DNA of 64,000 nucleotides from a bacterium. GTDB taxonomy: Bacteria > Patescibacteriota > Patescibacteriia > HK-STAS-PATE-3. Positions 49,505 through 58,367 of the stretch are shown here, one piece after another. The position numbers and the translations under genes were made by a program. The stretch spans positions 21,369 to 85,368 of the forward strand of contig JAZDMR010000011.1 in NCBI GenBank assembly GCA_043800725.1. Direction: 5' to 3'. The notes below the pieces were generated by a model. The model was not told the origin of the DNA. It worked only from the letters and a program-made list of their open reading frames with translations, and ran no database searches. Position 1 is the first letter of the stretch. Each line of letters starts with the position of its first letter.

Positions 49505-50577
49505 TATGACAGATATTGAAAGTCGACTTGAGGAATTAAGGAAGCGAGTGGCCTCCAGCCGGGGGTTTCTTTGACCTGGAGGTAAAGCGCAACAAGCTAG
49601 CCGGCCTGGAGACTGATATGAACAGAGAGGATTTTTGGTTTGATCAGGAATCGGCTAAACAAAAAAGCCAAGAATTTACCGAGCTGAAAAACGAATTAGC
49701 TGATTGGGACACGATTTCCGATGAAGTCACCGCTTTATTGGAATTGGCGCTGGAGTCTGAAGATGACAATGAACTGGAAGACCAGACGGATGATTTGGAA
49801 AAAAGGTTTGCTAAGCTGGAATTCACCCTGATGCTGAGCAAGCCCTATGACGAGAACAGCGCCACCTTGGCAATACATGCCGGGGCGGGAGGCACTGATG
49901 CCCAAGATTGGGCTGAAATGCTTAAGCGCATGTATTTGCGATACTTTGAATCCAAAGGCTGGACCGCCAAGATTTTGGATGAATCGCGAGGCGGGGAAGC
50001 CGGTATTAAAAGCGTGACTATCGAAGTTGTTGGGCGATACGCTTACGGCTACTTAAAAGCCGAAGCGGGAGTGCATCGCTTGGTGCGCATCTCGCCCTTT
50101 GACGCGGAAAAAATGCGCCATACTTCTTTCGCCCTAGTGGAAGTAATCCCCGACTTTGGCGAATTGCCGGAAATCAAGCTGGATGAAAAAGATTTGAAAA
50201 TAGAAACGTCCACTGCTTCCGGCCATGGCGGGCAAAGCGTCAATACCACCTATTCAGCCATACGGATTGTTCATTTGCCCACCAAGATTACCGTTTCCTG
50301 TCAAAATGAGCGTTCGCAAAAGCAGAACATGGAAACGGCCTTTAAAATACTTAAGCATAAGCTCCAGGTACGGCGTTTGATTGAGCAAGAAGCCAAGAAA
50401 AAAGAGTTGCGCGGAGAGTTTCATTCAGCCGAGTGGGGCAGTCAGATCCGGTCCTATGTGCTCCATCCTTATAAAATGGTCAAGGACCATCGAACCAAGT
50501 TTGAAAATGATAATCCGCAGGATGTTTTGGATGGCAATATTGAGCCGTTTATTGAAGCGTATTTGAAGAAGAAATAG
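49505..50577 (+). CDS. prfB: peptide chain release factor 2 with a programmed +1 frameshift site
   Basis: N-terminal leader 'MTDIESRLEELRKRVASSRG'; canonical site GGGGGG-TTT-CTT-TGA-C at 49560-49575; body (49618-50577) has 'SGGQSVNTT' (GGQ) and an SPF-like motif. As given, the G-run length puts the leader in a frame needing a -1 rather than +1 shift. Confidence 0.8.
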
Positions 50578-50734
50578 GCACCGCACTGTACCCGTATCTC
50601 TGAGCAACGCGAAGAGTCTCCATTTAACATGTTTGCCAATTGGCCACCGCAAGGCGGGGTCCCGCTTCAAAATATTGAAAACTGATGACGCGGGAAGATC
50701 CCGAATCAAGCCTGAGGATGACAGTGCGGGGGGG
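50578..50734 (+). repeat. structured repeat element, family member B
   Basis: 28-nt identity with member C (CGTATCTCTGAGCAACGCGAAGAGTCTC); closing stem CACCGCACTGT/ACAGTGCGG; contains GCGGGGTCCCGC and CGCGGGAAGATCCCG palindromes. Confidence 0.6.
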
Positions 50735-50808
50735 TAATTGACAAAGCAAACCAGGTTGTCTAAAGTTGGGACGAATCTGTTGATTTTGGTGATAACCCAG
50801 GAGGATAG

Positions 50809-51309
50809 ATGCACATAAAAAACATGACGGAAATTCAGGATTTATGGAGAAAAATCCCGCCAGATGGGCATTCGCTGATATTTTTGCGGACGCCATTAAT
50901 GACCGATGACCAAGCACTTCAACCAGATGATTTTGAAAGAATGAGGCTATATCTAAATGCTTGTTGTCAGCTGGTCTCAAACTTGGTGCGGACTGGACGT
51001 TTATCCATCATGGTATATCCACTCAGTGCTAAGCACTGCCAGATTGCCAGCATGTTCGCGATGAATAGGATTCCGGTCCTATCCCCGGCTCTACCTGGAT
51101 ACAATGAGACGCAAACCGAGCTTCGCCTCAAACAGGCCTTGGCAGTCGAGGGAGAACCTCGAGTCATACTTTTCTGTGGCGCTCTGCCAATACCAGGAGA
51201 TGTGGTTCAGGTAGACGCAACATTTGAGCAAGACCTGGCTACTGTTCTGTGTGTAGCCGAGGAAGGTAAGTATCGAAAGACTTCCGTTGTCGTTCCTCAG
51301 TTCGCTTAA
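50809..51309 (+). CDS. hypothetical protein (about 50% GC)
   Basis: 166-aa ORF with an RBS (AGGAGGATAGATG); no motif. Confidence 0.4.
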   Translation: MHIKNMTEIQDLWRKIPPDGHSLIFLRTPLMTDDQALQPDDFERMRLYLNACCQLVSNLVRTGRLSIMVYPLSAKHCQIASMFAMNRIPVLSPALPGYNETQTELRLKQALAVEGEPRVILFCGALPIPGDVVQVDATFEQDLATVLCVAEEGKYRKTSVVVPQFA

Positions 51310-51360
51310 AAAAACGCCTCTGATTAATTTCAGAGGCGTTCCTATTTTATATAGCAAATA

Positions 51361-52770
51361 TTACTGTTTTAAATACTGAGCCCGAATATGCTTTTGTACT
51401 TGTCTATCCAAGCTTTTTAATCTGGCGCTGTATTCAACCTTGTAAGGAAAGGTTTTATCTATTCGTAAATATTTGGGCGGTAGTTTTTTAATTTGCTCAA
51501 AGACTAGTTTACGTATTGATTGTACTGAAGGCAGTTTCTTGATTATTTTACCCTGCTTCATGTAGCGCTGGAGCAAGGGGTTTTTGAAATTTTCGGTTTC
51601 CAGGCCGATAATATCTTTTAGGTATTTGCCCTTTTTAATAATGCGAAAGACTTGCTTTTTTCCGGGCCAGCTTTTTTTGCCGCTGGATAACTTGGCCGTG
51701 TATTGCACTCCTGATTGAGTGTCCACTTGGACCAGCTTGTAAACAGCCTCAAGTTTTGGATCATCCGCAGAAGTGACCGCTTCCGTATTAACTATAAACG
51801 TATCAGCTGGAACTTTGGCTTTTACTAATTTATCTATCTTATATTCGTCCAGGTTGCTGGATAGAGTGATTGTGACATTTTTTAAACCAGCTTTATCCAG
51901 CTCTTTACGCACATAACGACACTGTTTAGCTAAGTCACCGCTATCAATCACAACCTTGGTTCTTAGTCCTCGTTTATTTCGTTCTTGACAAACCGGGATG
52001 GCATTTATTAAACCTTGCTTCAGGTCGTAGGTGTCGATCATAAGTGATAAAGCAAACTTGGCAAACTTACCAGCTGTTTCCATGGCTTCGCGTTCGGATG
52101 GATAAGAGGCGATAAAGGCATGATAGGCAATAGTAGCTGGATAGATCCAGCCTGCCTTTGTTTTATCTCTACCGATTGGAGTGGGATGATTATCACTGCC
52201 GGTGATTACGCCAGATCGCATAGCCTTGAAGCCTGTTTCAAAACCCGGGGCCCTTTGCGGTGCAGGTCCGACAACGCTGACTTTACCACCAGCTAAGACA
52301 GAGCGGATAAATTTAGTTGCGTAGGTTGTGTTAGAGCTTAGCGAGGTCATCAAAAAGGCTGAAAACAAATTTGCATCAATTAACGGAGCGGTTATCCTGA
52401 CAACTGTTTCACCTGGGAAGAAAAGCGTTCCCTCTGGCATGGCCCAAACATCACCCTTGAAGCGGAAGCTTTTTAAATATTTACCAAAACTAGGACTGAT
52501 TAGTTGTTCTTTTAGCAATATGCGAATGATTGAATCCGAATAGCGCCACTCATTAATTCCCAAGAGCATTTCCTCTAATCCAGTAAAAACCATGAAGTTT
52601 CTGTTTTTTGGCATGTCACGTACCACCAGATCAAATGTGCCTATTGATTCACGCATAGGACTGTCATACCATAGAGAGCTGACCATATAGATCTGGTCAA
52701 GGTCATTGACTGGTAAATCAGCCTGAGTGAAATGTTTATCAGAGTATTTAATATTAGATGAACTTGCCAT
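51361..52770 (-). CDS. nicotinate phosphoribosyltransferase family protein (PncB/NAPRTase-like)
   Basis: 469 aa; NAPRT-like segments 'PATIAYHAFI' (GT.AH.W analog), 'VIDSGDL', 'TLSSNLDE'. Confidence 0.6.
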   Translation of the reverse strand: MASSSNIKYSDKHFTQADLPVNDLDQIYMVSSLWYDSPMRESIGTFDLVVRDMPKNRNFMVFTGLEEMLLGINEWRYSDSIIRILLKEQLISPSFGKYLKSFRFKGDVWAMPEGTLFFPGETVVRITAPLIDANLFSAFLMTSLSSNTTYATKFIRSVLAGGKVSVVGPAPQRAPGFETGFKAMRSGVITGSDNHPTPIGRDKTKAGWIYPATIAYHAFIASYPSEREAMETAGKFAKFALSLMIDTYDLKQGLINAIPVCQERNKRGLRTKVVIDSGDLAKQCRYVRKELDKAGLKNVTITLSSNLDEYKIDKLVKAKVPADTFIVNTEAVTSADDPKLEAVYKLVQVDTQSGVQYTAKLSSGKKSWPGKKQVFRIIKKGKYLKDIIGLETENFKNPLLQRYMKQGKIIKKLPSVQSIRKLVFEQIKKLPPKYLRIDKTFPYKVEYSARLKSLDRQVQKHIRAQYLKQ

Positions 52771-53461
52771 TTTGTTTTTTTATTAGCTGGTGGAATTTAT
52801 CCCATTTGCTAGGATCCTCATCCCATTCCCGCAGATGAGTGATATTATCTTTCACTATGTCGCACAATTCTTTGGAAATATGGCCGGCCTCTTGCATAGC
52901 CTTGAACCAGCCAAGCCAGGTTAAAAAATAATGGATTGGAATATTTGAATCCTCAATTGATTTTCTTCCTCTATCAATATTGGATTGCTGCACTTCCTTA
53001 GCGTCTGTTATGACGACAATTGCATTGACCTTGCCCCGCACTTCTTCAAGAAAATCAATAGCCTTTCGCTTGCTATTGCCAGCAGACATACCATCATCAA
53101 TAATCACATAGGTCCAGCCCGGCTGAGTATGGCCCTCGACGCTAAAGCGCGCACCAGTCTTTTTTTCTTTGCGAGTAACCACCAGAGGCTTGTTCAGCTG
53201 CTGCGAAATGAAAGTGGCCCAAGGGATGCCAGATGTCTCGATGCCGGCTACTGCATCAGGATTTATTTCCCGAACTACCTGGCCCATTTCATTGGCAATT
53301 ACTCGTAGCGAATCAGGGAAGGAAAACAACCGACGCAAAGAAAGATGAGCTGGTACTTTCATTTTTACAGAGTTAGCTTCGACCGGCCCCATGATTAAGC
53401 ACTCGGGCCGGCAAATGGCTCGGACAAATTCTGGGCTGGGCTGGTGGTGGATTGGTTTCAT
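52754..53461 (-). CDS. type I phosphoribosyltransferase, paralog 1
   Basis: PRPP motif 'TYVIIDDGMSAGNS'. Confidence 0.7.
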   Translation of the reverse strand: MKPIHHQPSPEFVRAICRPECLIMGPVEANSVKMKVPAHLSLRRLFSFPDSLRVIANEMGQVVREINPDAVAGIETSGIPWATFISQQLNKPLVVTRKEKKTGARFSVEGHTQPGWTYVIIDDGMSAGNSKRKAIDFLEEVRGKVNAIVVITDAKEVQQSNIDRGRKSIEDSNIPIHYFLTWLGWFKAMQEAGHISKELCDIVKDNITHLREWDEDPSKWDKFHQLIKKQNGKFI

Positions 53462-54165
53462 AGCTTACCGGTTTTTTGGTAGTGTTTTTTAACCTTTTGA
53501 TAAAGTTTCCAGTTGTCAGGATTATCTTGCCAATGATCGCGGTCTGCACCATAAGCCTGTTCAAGCTTATAAGTATTGTCATTAAAAAAGCCCACTTGGT
53601 GCAGATATTTATCTCGATCTTTTTTCATGAACATTTCATAAACTCTGATTTTACGTTTTTTTATCCAGGCAGGATAGTCTCCATTGTTGTCACCCAGAAT
53701 TACGATGATGTCTTTGATAACTAGTTTATTCTTGGCATTCATGATAAATAATTCTTTTGAGCTACCAGTAGCAATTACATCGTCAACCAAAACAGCGCGG
53801 TCACCTTTTTGATAATCTCCTTCTACTAAAACATTTGTAGAGTATCCCTTGGCTTTTTTGCGAATATACACCCAAGGCAGATTTAATTCCAAAGCAGTAA
53901 CGGCTGCCAAACTAATGCCTCCTGATTCGCCGCCGGCAATCACTTTTATCTTGGGTCTGATCTTTTTGATAACTTTAGCGTATTCTTGGGCAACCACTTT
54001 TAGTATTTTTGGATCCGACAGACAGAGTTTGGGGTTTGCATAAACAGGAATAAGACGACCGACCTGGATTTTCACACCAAAATCGTAATATTTGTAATTC
54101 AGCATAGCCTTGGCAACTCGGAGGTTCATAGGCAATTTTTCAGTTAATATAGTGAATATTAGCAT
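53458..54165 (-). CDS. type I phosphoribosyltransferase, paralog 2
   Basis: PRPP motif 'AVLVDDVIATGSS'. Confidence 0.7.
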   Translation of the reverse strand: MLIFTILTEKLPMNLRVAKAMLNYKYYDFGVKIQVGRLIPVYANPKLCLSDPKILKVVAQEYAKVIKKIRPKIKVIAGGESGGISLAAVTALELNLPWVYIRKKAKGYSTNVLVEGDYQKGDRAVLVDDVIATGSSKELFIMNAKNKLVIKDIIVILGDNNGDYPAWIKKRKIRVYEMFMKKDRDKYLHQVGFFNDNTYKLEQAYGADRDHWQDNPDNWKLYQKVKKHYQKTGKL

Positions 54166-54440
54166 ATATAAGGGGCTGGAACATAATAGGGCATACCTAG
54201 TCGAATGGAACAGGCTTTAAGGTTTTAACCCCATAATTAAAGGGGGAATCGAATATTTCAGGTGAGGAAAATTCATAGCAAAATTCACTCACGTATCCAG
54301 GTAGATATTTAAAAGGTTGACAAAATATACGATTTGATGTATAATTATGCGTTATTTGGTGAAAGTGTGTTTACACGCCTAGCACCGAGAACAACTCGCA
54401 AATTGAAAACAAGGGACTTCAATCATAAGGAGAGTATCTG

Positions 54441-55040
54441 ATGAGTATCAGGGGAAAGTACCAGGATCGCAATATTGCCATCCAAGGTGATCGTGATCCG
54501 TCCGAGGCTGTTGGAAGTCTGGCCGTTTTACTGGGCCAGAAGCTTCATCGCGCAGGGTTCGGTGCGATCGTGGGTGATGCGGGCGGCTTAGTCAAACTGA
54601 TCGAGCAGTCTGGTATCCCTACGGTCCGGCACGCTTTCAAGGGCGAGCCGATCGTCAGTTCTGAGCCTGGTCGCGCGCCTATGGTCAGTTGCGTTGCGGC
54701 TGGCCTGGAAGCTGCCAACAGCTTCGGCCTGGGTGATGATGCGGGAATCGTCCGCTTCAACGCCCATGGCATTCGCATGAGCATCATGCGTAGCATGAGC
54801 TGCGGCGCGGTGTTTTTCGCAGGTAGCGAAGGCACTAAGTACCAGCTTCTGCATTTCTTGGTCCGCAACCTCAAAGGCAAGGGTCAGCCCATTCCGATCG
54901 CGCTGATCGGTTGGATGCCGGCCGAGGTTAGCGGGTTACTGCAGTTTCTCTGCATGACCCAACCATCCTGGCTTCAGTGTTTCGAAGCCAACGAGGCTGG
55001 TGTCGACGCTGCAGTCAAGTTCCTTCAGGGCGAAAAATAA
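54441..55040 (+). CDS. LOG/TIGR00730-family (SLOG) Rossmann protein; GC-rich (about 58%) relative to its neighbours
   Basis: 'VGDAGGLVKLIEQSG' and 'FFAGSEGTKYQLLHFL' fit the LOG 'GGxxG...PGG.GT..E' pattern; RBS AAGGAGAG. Confidence 0.55.
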   Translation: MSIRGKYQDRNIAIQGDRDPSEAVGSLAVLLGQKLHRAGFGAIVGDAGGLVKLIEQSGIPTVRHAFKGEPIVSSEPGRAPMVSCVAAGLEAANSFGLGDDAGIVRFNAHGIRMSIMRSMSCGAVFFAGSEGTKYQLLHFLVRNLKGKGQPIPIALIGWMPAEVSGLLQFLCMTQPSWLQCFEANEAGVDAAVKFLQGEK

Positions 55041-55060
55041 TTCGCTCACAAACGTTCATT

Positions 55061-55096
55061 CCCCCGGGTTTGCTATATGCAGACTCGGGGGTTTTT
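55061..55096 (+). terminator. intrinsic terminator CCCCCGGGT..ACTCGGGGG + TTTTT after the LOG-like gene
   Basis: GC-rich hairpin followed by a T5 tract, 20 nt past the stop. Confidence 0.5.
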
Positions 55097-55117
55097 ATAA
55101 CTATTTTATCTAACATC

Positions 55118-55198
55118 GCACCGTGCTCGTATCTCTGAGCAACGCGAAGAGTCTCTGTTTAGCACCTTGCCAGTTGGAGATCCTTCGCTACGCTCAGG
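55118..55198 (+). repeat. structured repeat element, family member C
   Basis: 28-nt identity with member B; followed by 200 nt with GGGATCCCCG and GCGGGATCCCGC palindromes. Confidence 0.6.
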
Positions 55199-55420
55199 AA
55201 TACGGTACTGGACAGGTATTTCGACATGTCATTTTGATTTAAAAATAGGGATCCCCGTCTTCGCGATATTAAACTAGATCAGCAGGCTCCTCCCGCTTCC
55301 AACAAAAGAGACATCAGTAGCGGGATCCCGCTCTATGCGGGGACATGCCTGGTGATGTTAACCGTAATCCAGACTAGGCATGGAAGCCTAGTCTATCTGG
55401 AATTAAAAACGAGTCAACCA

Positions 55421-56446
55421 TTAATTGTTTGTAAATAGGTCTATACCAGTTTGCCTAATCCGCTTTTCCCAGGCGGGCCACTTTTTAAAGTATGAACCAG
55501 CCGGGTTGTCTACTCTAGAAATCAAGTAAATTCCCATCCATTTATAAGCCCGTAGCCACAAAGCAGTTAGTTCGCTATCTGAAATATACTTTGACATAGT
55601 TGACTGATATTTATCAGTAAACTGCTCAAGAAACTTATGACTATCTAGTTGCAGTTTTTTTGAATTATGCAAAGACATCCAGATCCAATGAGAAAGAAGG
55701 AAGCCCAAGTCATAGGCCGGGTCGCCCATCCGGGCCATGTCAAAGTCTATTAAACTGACCCGGCCCTTGGGATGAACAAAAATATTACGAAAAACAGCAT
55801 CACCCCAAATTATACTGGTAGAGTGTTTTTGGCTTGTTTTAATAAATAAGCTAACTGACTTTGGCGAAGCGTGCTTTTTCATGCCGCCAGCAAGATGACT
55901 GTTGACAAAATCTTTTAATACTATTGTGAATCCAGGATTAAGCTTAACTTTATTTTTTGATTTCCAGGTTCGGCCATGCATGGTGGCCAAGTATTTAGCT
56001 AGCATAGTAGCAATCTCGGGATGAACTCGATTCTCAGTAAATTCACTGGCCAATAATTTACTTGAACCAACATCACTAAGCACGCTAACAAAATTGGCCC
56101 TATCAAAGTACAAGACTTTGGCAATAACATTCCTTGGTAACAAGGAAGAAAATATTTTCGTAACCTGTACTTCGGTAGTCATCCTCACAGGAGTCATATA
56201 AATTGGCTTACCCCTGGCCACGCTGCGCTTATTATATTTTTGGGCTTGTTTTAAAAAGATTAATTTTTGTCCCTGGGACGTTGTTAGTCTAAGTTTGAAA
56301 ATGTAATTTACATTTGAAAAACTGATTATTTCGGTGGCATTAATCAGGCGTATTTTATTCCAGGGTAAGTGCTTAATTACTCGTACGTTAAAATAATCAG
56401 TAACGTTTTTAATGGTCAGATCAATATTTGGCAGATACTTGGACAT
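55421..56446 (-). CDS. phosphotransferase-family kinase (APH / methylthioribose-kinase-like fold)
   Basis: 'IIWGDAVFRNIFVH' (HGD..N catalytic loop analog) and 'LIDFDMARMGDPAYDLGF' (DFE..G.P.FDLG). Confidence 0.65.
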   Translation of the reverse strand: MSKYLPNIDLTIKNVTDYFNVRVIKHLPWNKIRLINATEIISFSNVNYIFKLRLTTSQGQKLIFLKQAQKYNKRSVARGKPIYMTPVRMTTEVQVTKIFSSLLPRNVIAKVLYFDRANFVSVLSDVGSSKLLASEFTENRVHPEIATMLAKYLATMHGRTWKSKNKVKLNPGFTIVLKDFVNSHLAGGMKKHASPKSVSLFIKTSQKHSTSIIWGDAVFRNIFVHPKGRVSLIDFDMARMGDPAYDLGFLLSHWIWMSLHNSKKLQLDSHKFLEQFTDKYQSTMSKYISDSELTALWLRAYKWMGIYLISRVDNPAGSYFKKWPAWEKRIRQTGIDLFTNN

Positions 56447-56542
56447 AAGCTAAGTATAGCAGATTTAAGTCAGAAGTATTGACAATTATCGCTTTTTGAA
56501 GTATTTTATTATTTACTTGCGGTAGTTTGAGATTAGGAGAAA

Positions 56543-56788
56543 GTGACGGAGGAGACAGCAATGAGCAGATTGTTCCGTATGGAACGAGGCAGTCGGGTTT
56601 TCGTTTCAGATCCCCCCAAAGAAGCTGGACTTTTTCTCACACCTGGTGACCAGGGTTGCCAGGTGAAGAACCTGGGAACGCAAGCCGTCAAAATTGAGGG
56701 AGGGGACGCAATAGCGTCCACGGAAGTAAGGACGATCCCCACCGAAACGAAGATGTGGGTTGGGGAAAGGCAATTCGTCCTCCAGTAG
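56543..56788 (+). CDS. hypothetical small protein
   Basis: 81-aa ORF; about 52% GC; RBS-like GGAGAAAG upstream. Confidence 0.3.
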   Translation: MTEETAMSRLFRMERGSRVFVSDPPKEAGLFLTPGDQGCQVKNLGTQAVKIEGGDAIASTEVRTIPTETKMWVGERQFVLQ

Positions 56789-56912
56789 CAACCAGGCATG
56801 TTCATAACCGCAAGTATTTAGAGGGCCCTGACTTTTTATGTCGAGCCCTCTTTTCTTTTTTGAAGAGTTTTGCTAATGTATTAATAACAAATCTTGGTGG
56901 CGCCAGAAAATC

Positions 56913-58367
56913 GTGCCGAAATCCAAGGTTTTTTTAATAGTATTGGTATCAGTATTATTGGGCGTGGCCGGACAGCGCTGGCTTGGTTTAGAATACTGGC
57001 ATTGTTTATTGGTGATTGGAGCTGGTATTGTCATTCTCTTGGCAGAAAAAAGAGTGCTGGTTGTGGGTCTAGCACTAGCTGGTTTTGGCGTGGGCTTGCT
57101 TCGAGTAGCTATTGATCCGCCGTTACAAATAATTCCAGAAGGCAAAGGCGAGTTTGTGGGACGCGTTGTCCAGCCACCTGACATTCGGCGCGACCATATC
57201 AAATACACAATTCAAATAACAAATAACAAATCACAAAATACAAAAAATATTATTGAAGCTAGGGTTTTAGTTAAATCAAGTTTATACCCTGTCTATGACT
57301 TGGGCGATGTAATATCTTTTAATTGCTTTATCAGGCACCCAGGAGATATCGAGGGTTTTGCTTATGATAAGTATTTGGCTTTGAATGGCATAACCGCGAG
57401 TTGCTCCAGCTATTATCTGACCCTTGAGAAGTCAGGCAGCTGGTCCTGGGCGGGGATGCTTTTTCAGGGCAGGCAGTGGGTGAATGATCAGTTGAACAAA
57501 GTGTTACCTGAGCCTGAATCGTCGTTCACGTCAGGCTTATTAATAGGTGCCAGGCGCGGGCTTCCAGAATGGCTGATGGAGTCTTTTAATCGTACCGGCA
57601 CGACGCACTTGATCGCCTTGTCTGGTTTTAACATCACCATCATCACCAATATTATTATGCTGGTAGCTATTCAAGTGATTGGCAGGAAACGGGCTTTTTG
57701 GCTGGTGCTTGTTGCCGTATCTTTGTTTGTGATGTTTGTCGGCGGACAAGCTTCGATTGTCAGAGCCGGCATCATGGGCATGATCGCGTCTTTGGGTTTA
57801 CATATTGGTAGGCCCAGTCGAGGCTTAAACGCCTTGATTTTAAGCGGTGTTTTAATGGTTATAGCCAGCCCCAGGATTTTGTTGGATGATGTGGGATTCC
57901 AATTGTCATTTGCCGCTACCTTAGGATTGATTTCTTTATCCGGGCATGCAGAAAGTTTGTTTAGCTTTGTGCCGGAAAAGCTTGAGCTTAGGCAAACTCT
58001 ATCGGCCACGACGGCGGCCACTGTTTTTACTTTACCGATTATCTTAAGCACCTTTGGCAGGATTTCCCTGGTCAGCTTGCCCGTGAATTTATTGGTCCTG
58101 CCATTTATTCCCATTGCTATGGCTTTGGGCGTGTTAGGGGTGGTTGGCAGCTTATTCGGGGCCTCGGTTGGAATAGTGTTTGCCTTGCCTGCTTGGCTGG
58201 TATTAAGGCTGATTATAATGGTGGTGCAGTTTTTCAGCGTGCCGGATTGGGCGTTAATCAATTTTGGTAATGGTGTCGGATACTGGTCAATGGTTTTGTA
58301 TGTACCGATTTTCTTTTTTGTTGTTTGGTTAAACAAGCGATCAAGATTAATTTCCAAACCATTATGA
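56913..58367 (+). CDS. comEC: ComEC/Rec2 competence membrane channel, N-terminal (DUF4131 + Competence) part
   Basis: polytopic; 'HLIALSGFNITII' matches the ComEC competence-domain SG(L/F)H/N motif. Confidence 0.8.
   Translation: MPKSKVFLIVLVSVLLGVAGQRWLGLEYWHCLLVIGAGIVILLAEKRVLVVGLALAGFGVGLLRVAIDPPLQIIPEGKGEFVGRVVQPPDIRRDHIKYTIQITNNKSQNTKNIIEARVLVKSSLYPVYDLGDVISFNCFIRHPGDIEGFAYDKYLALNGITASCSSYYLTLEKSGSWSWAGMLFQGRQWVNDQLNKVLPEPESSFTSGLLIGARRGLPEWLMESFNRTGTTHLIALSGFNITIITNIIMLVAIQVIGRKRAFWLVLVAVSLFVMFVGGQASIVRAGIMGMIASLGLHIGRPSRGLNALILSGVLMVIASPRILLDDVGFQLSFAATLGLISLSGHAESLFSFVPEKLELRQTLSATTAATVFTLPIILSTFGRISLVSLPVNLLVLPFIPIAMALGVLGVVGSLFGASVGIVFALPAWLVLRLIIMVVQFFSVPDWALINFGNGVGYWSMVLYVPIFFFVVWLNKRSRLISKPL

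Noticed and set aside
54545-54880. two minus-strand ORFs (111 and 88 aa) inside the LOG-like gene
   Set aside because: High local GC opens the antisense frames, and the products are R/A/P-rich. The sense ORF has a LOG-family motif pattern, an RBS and a terminator.
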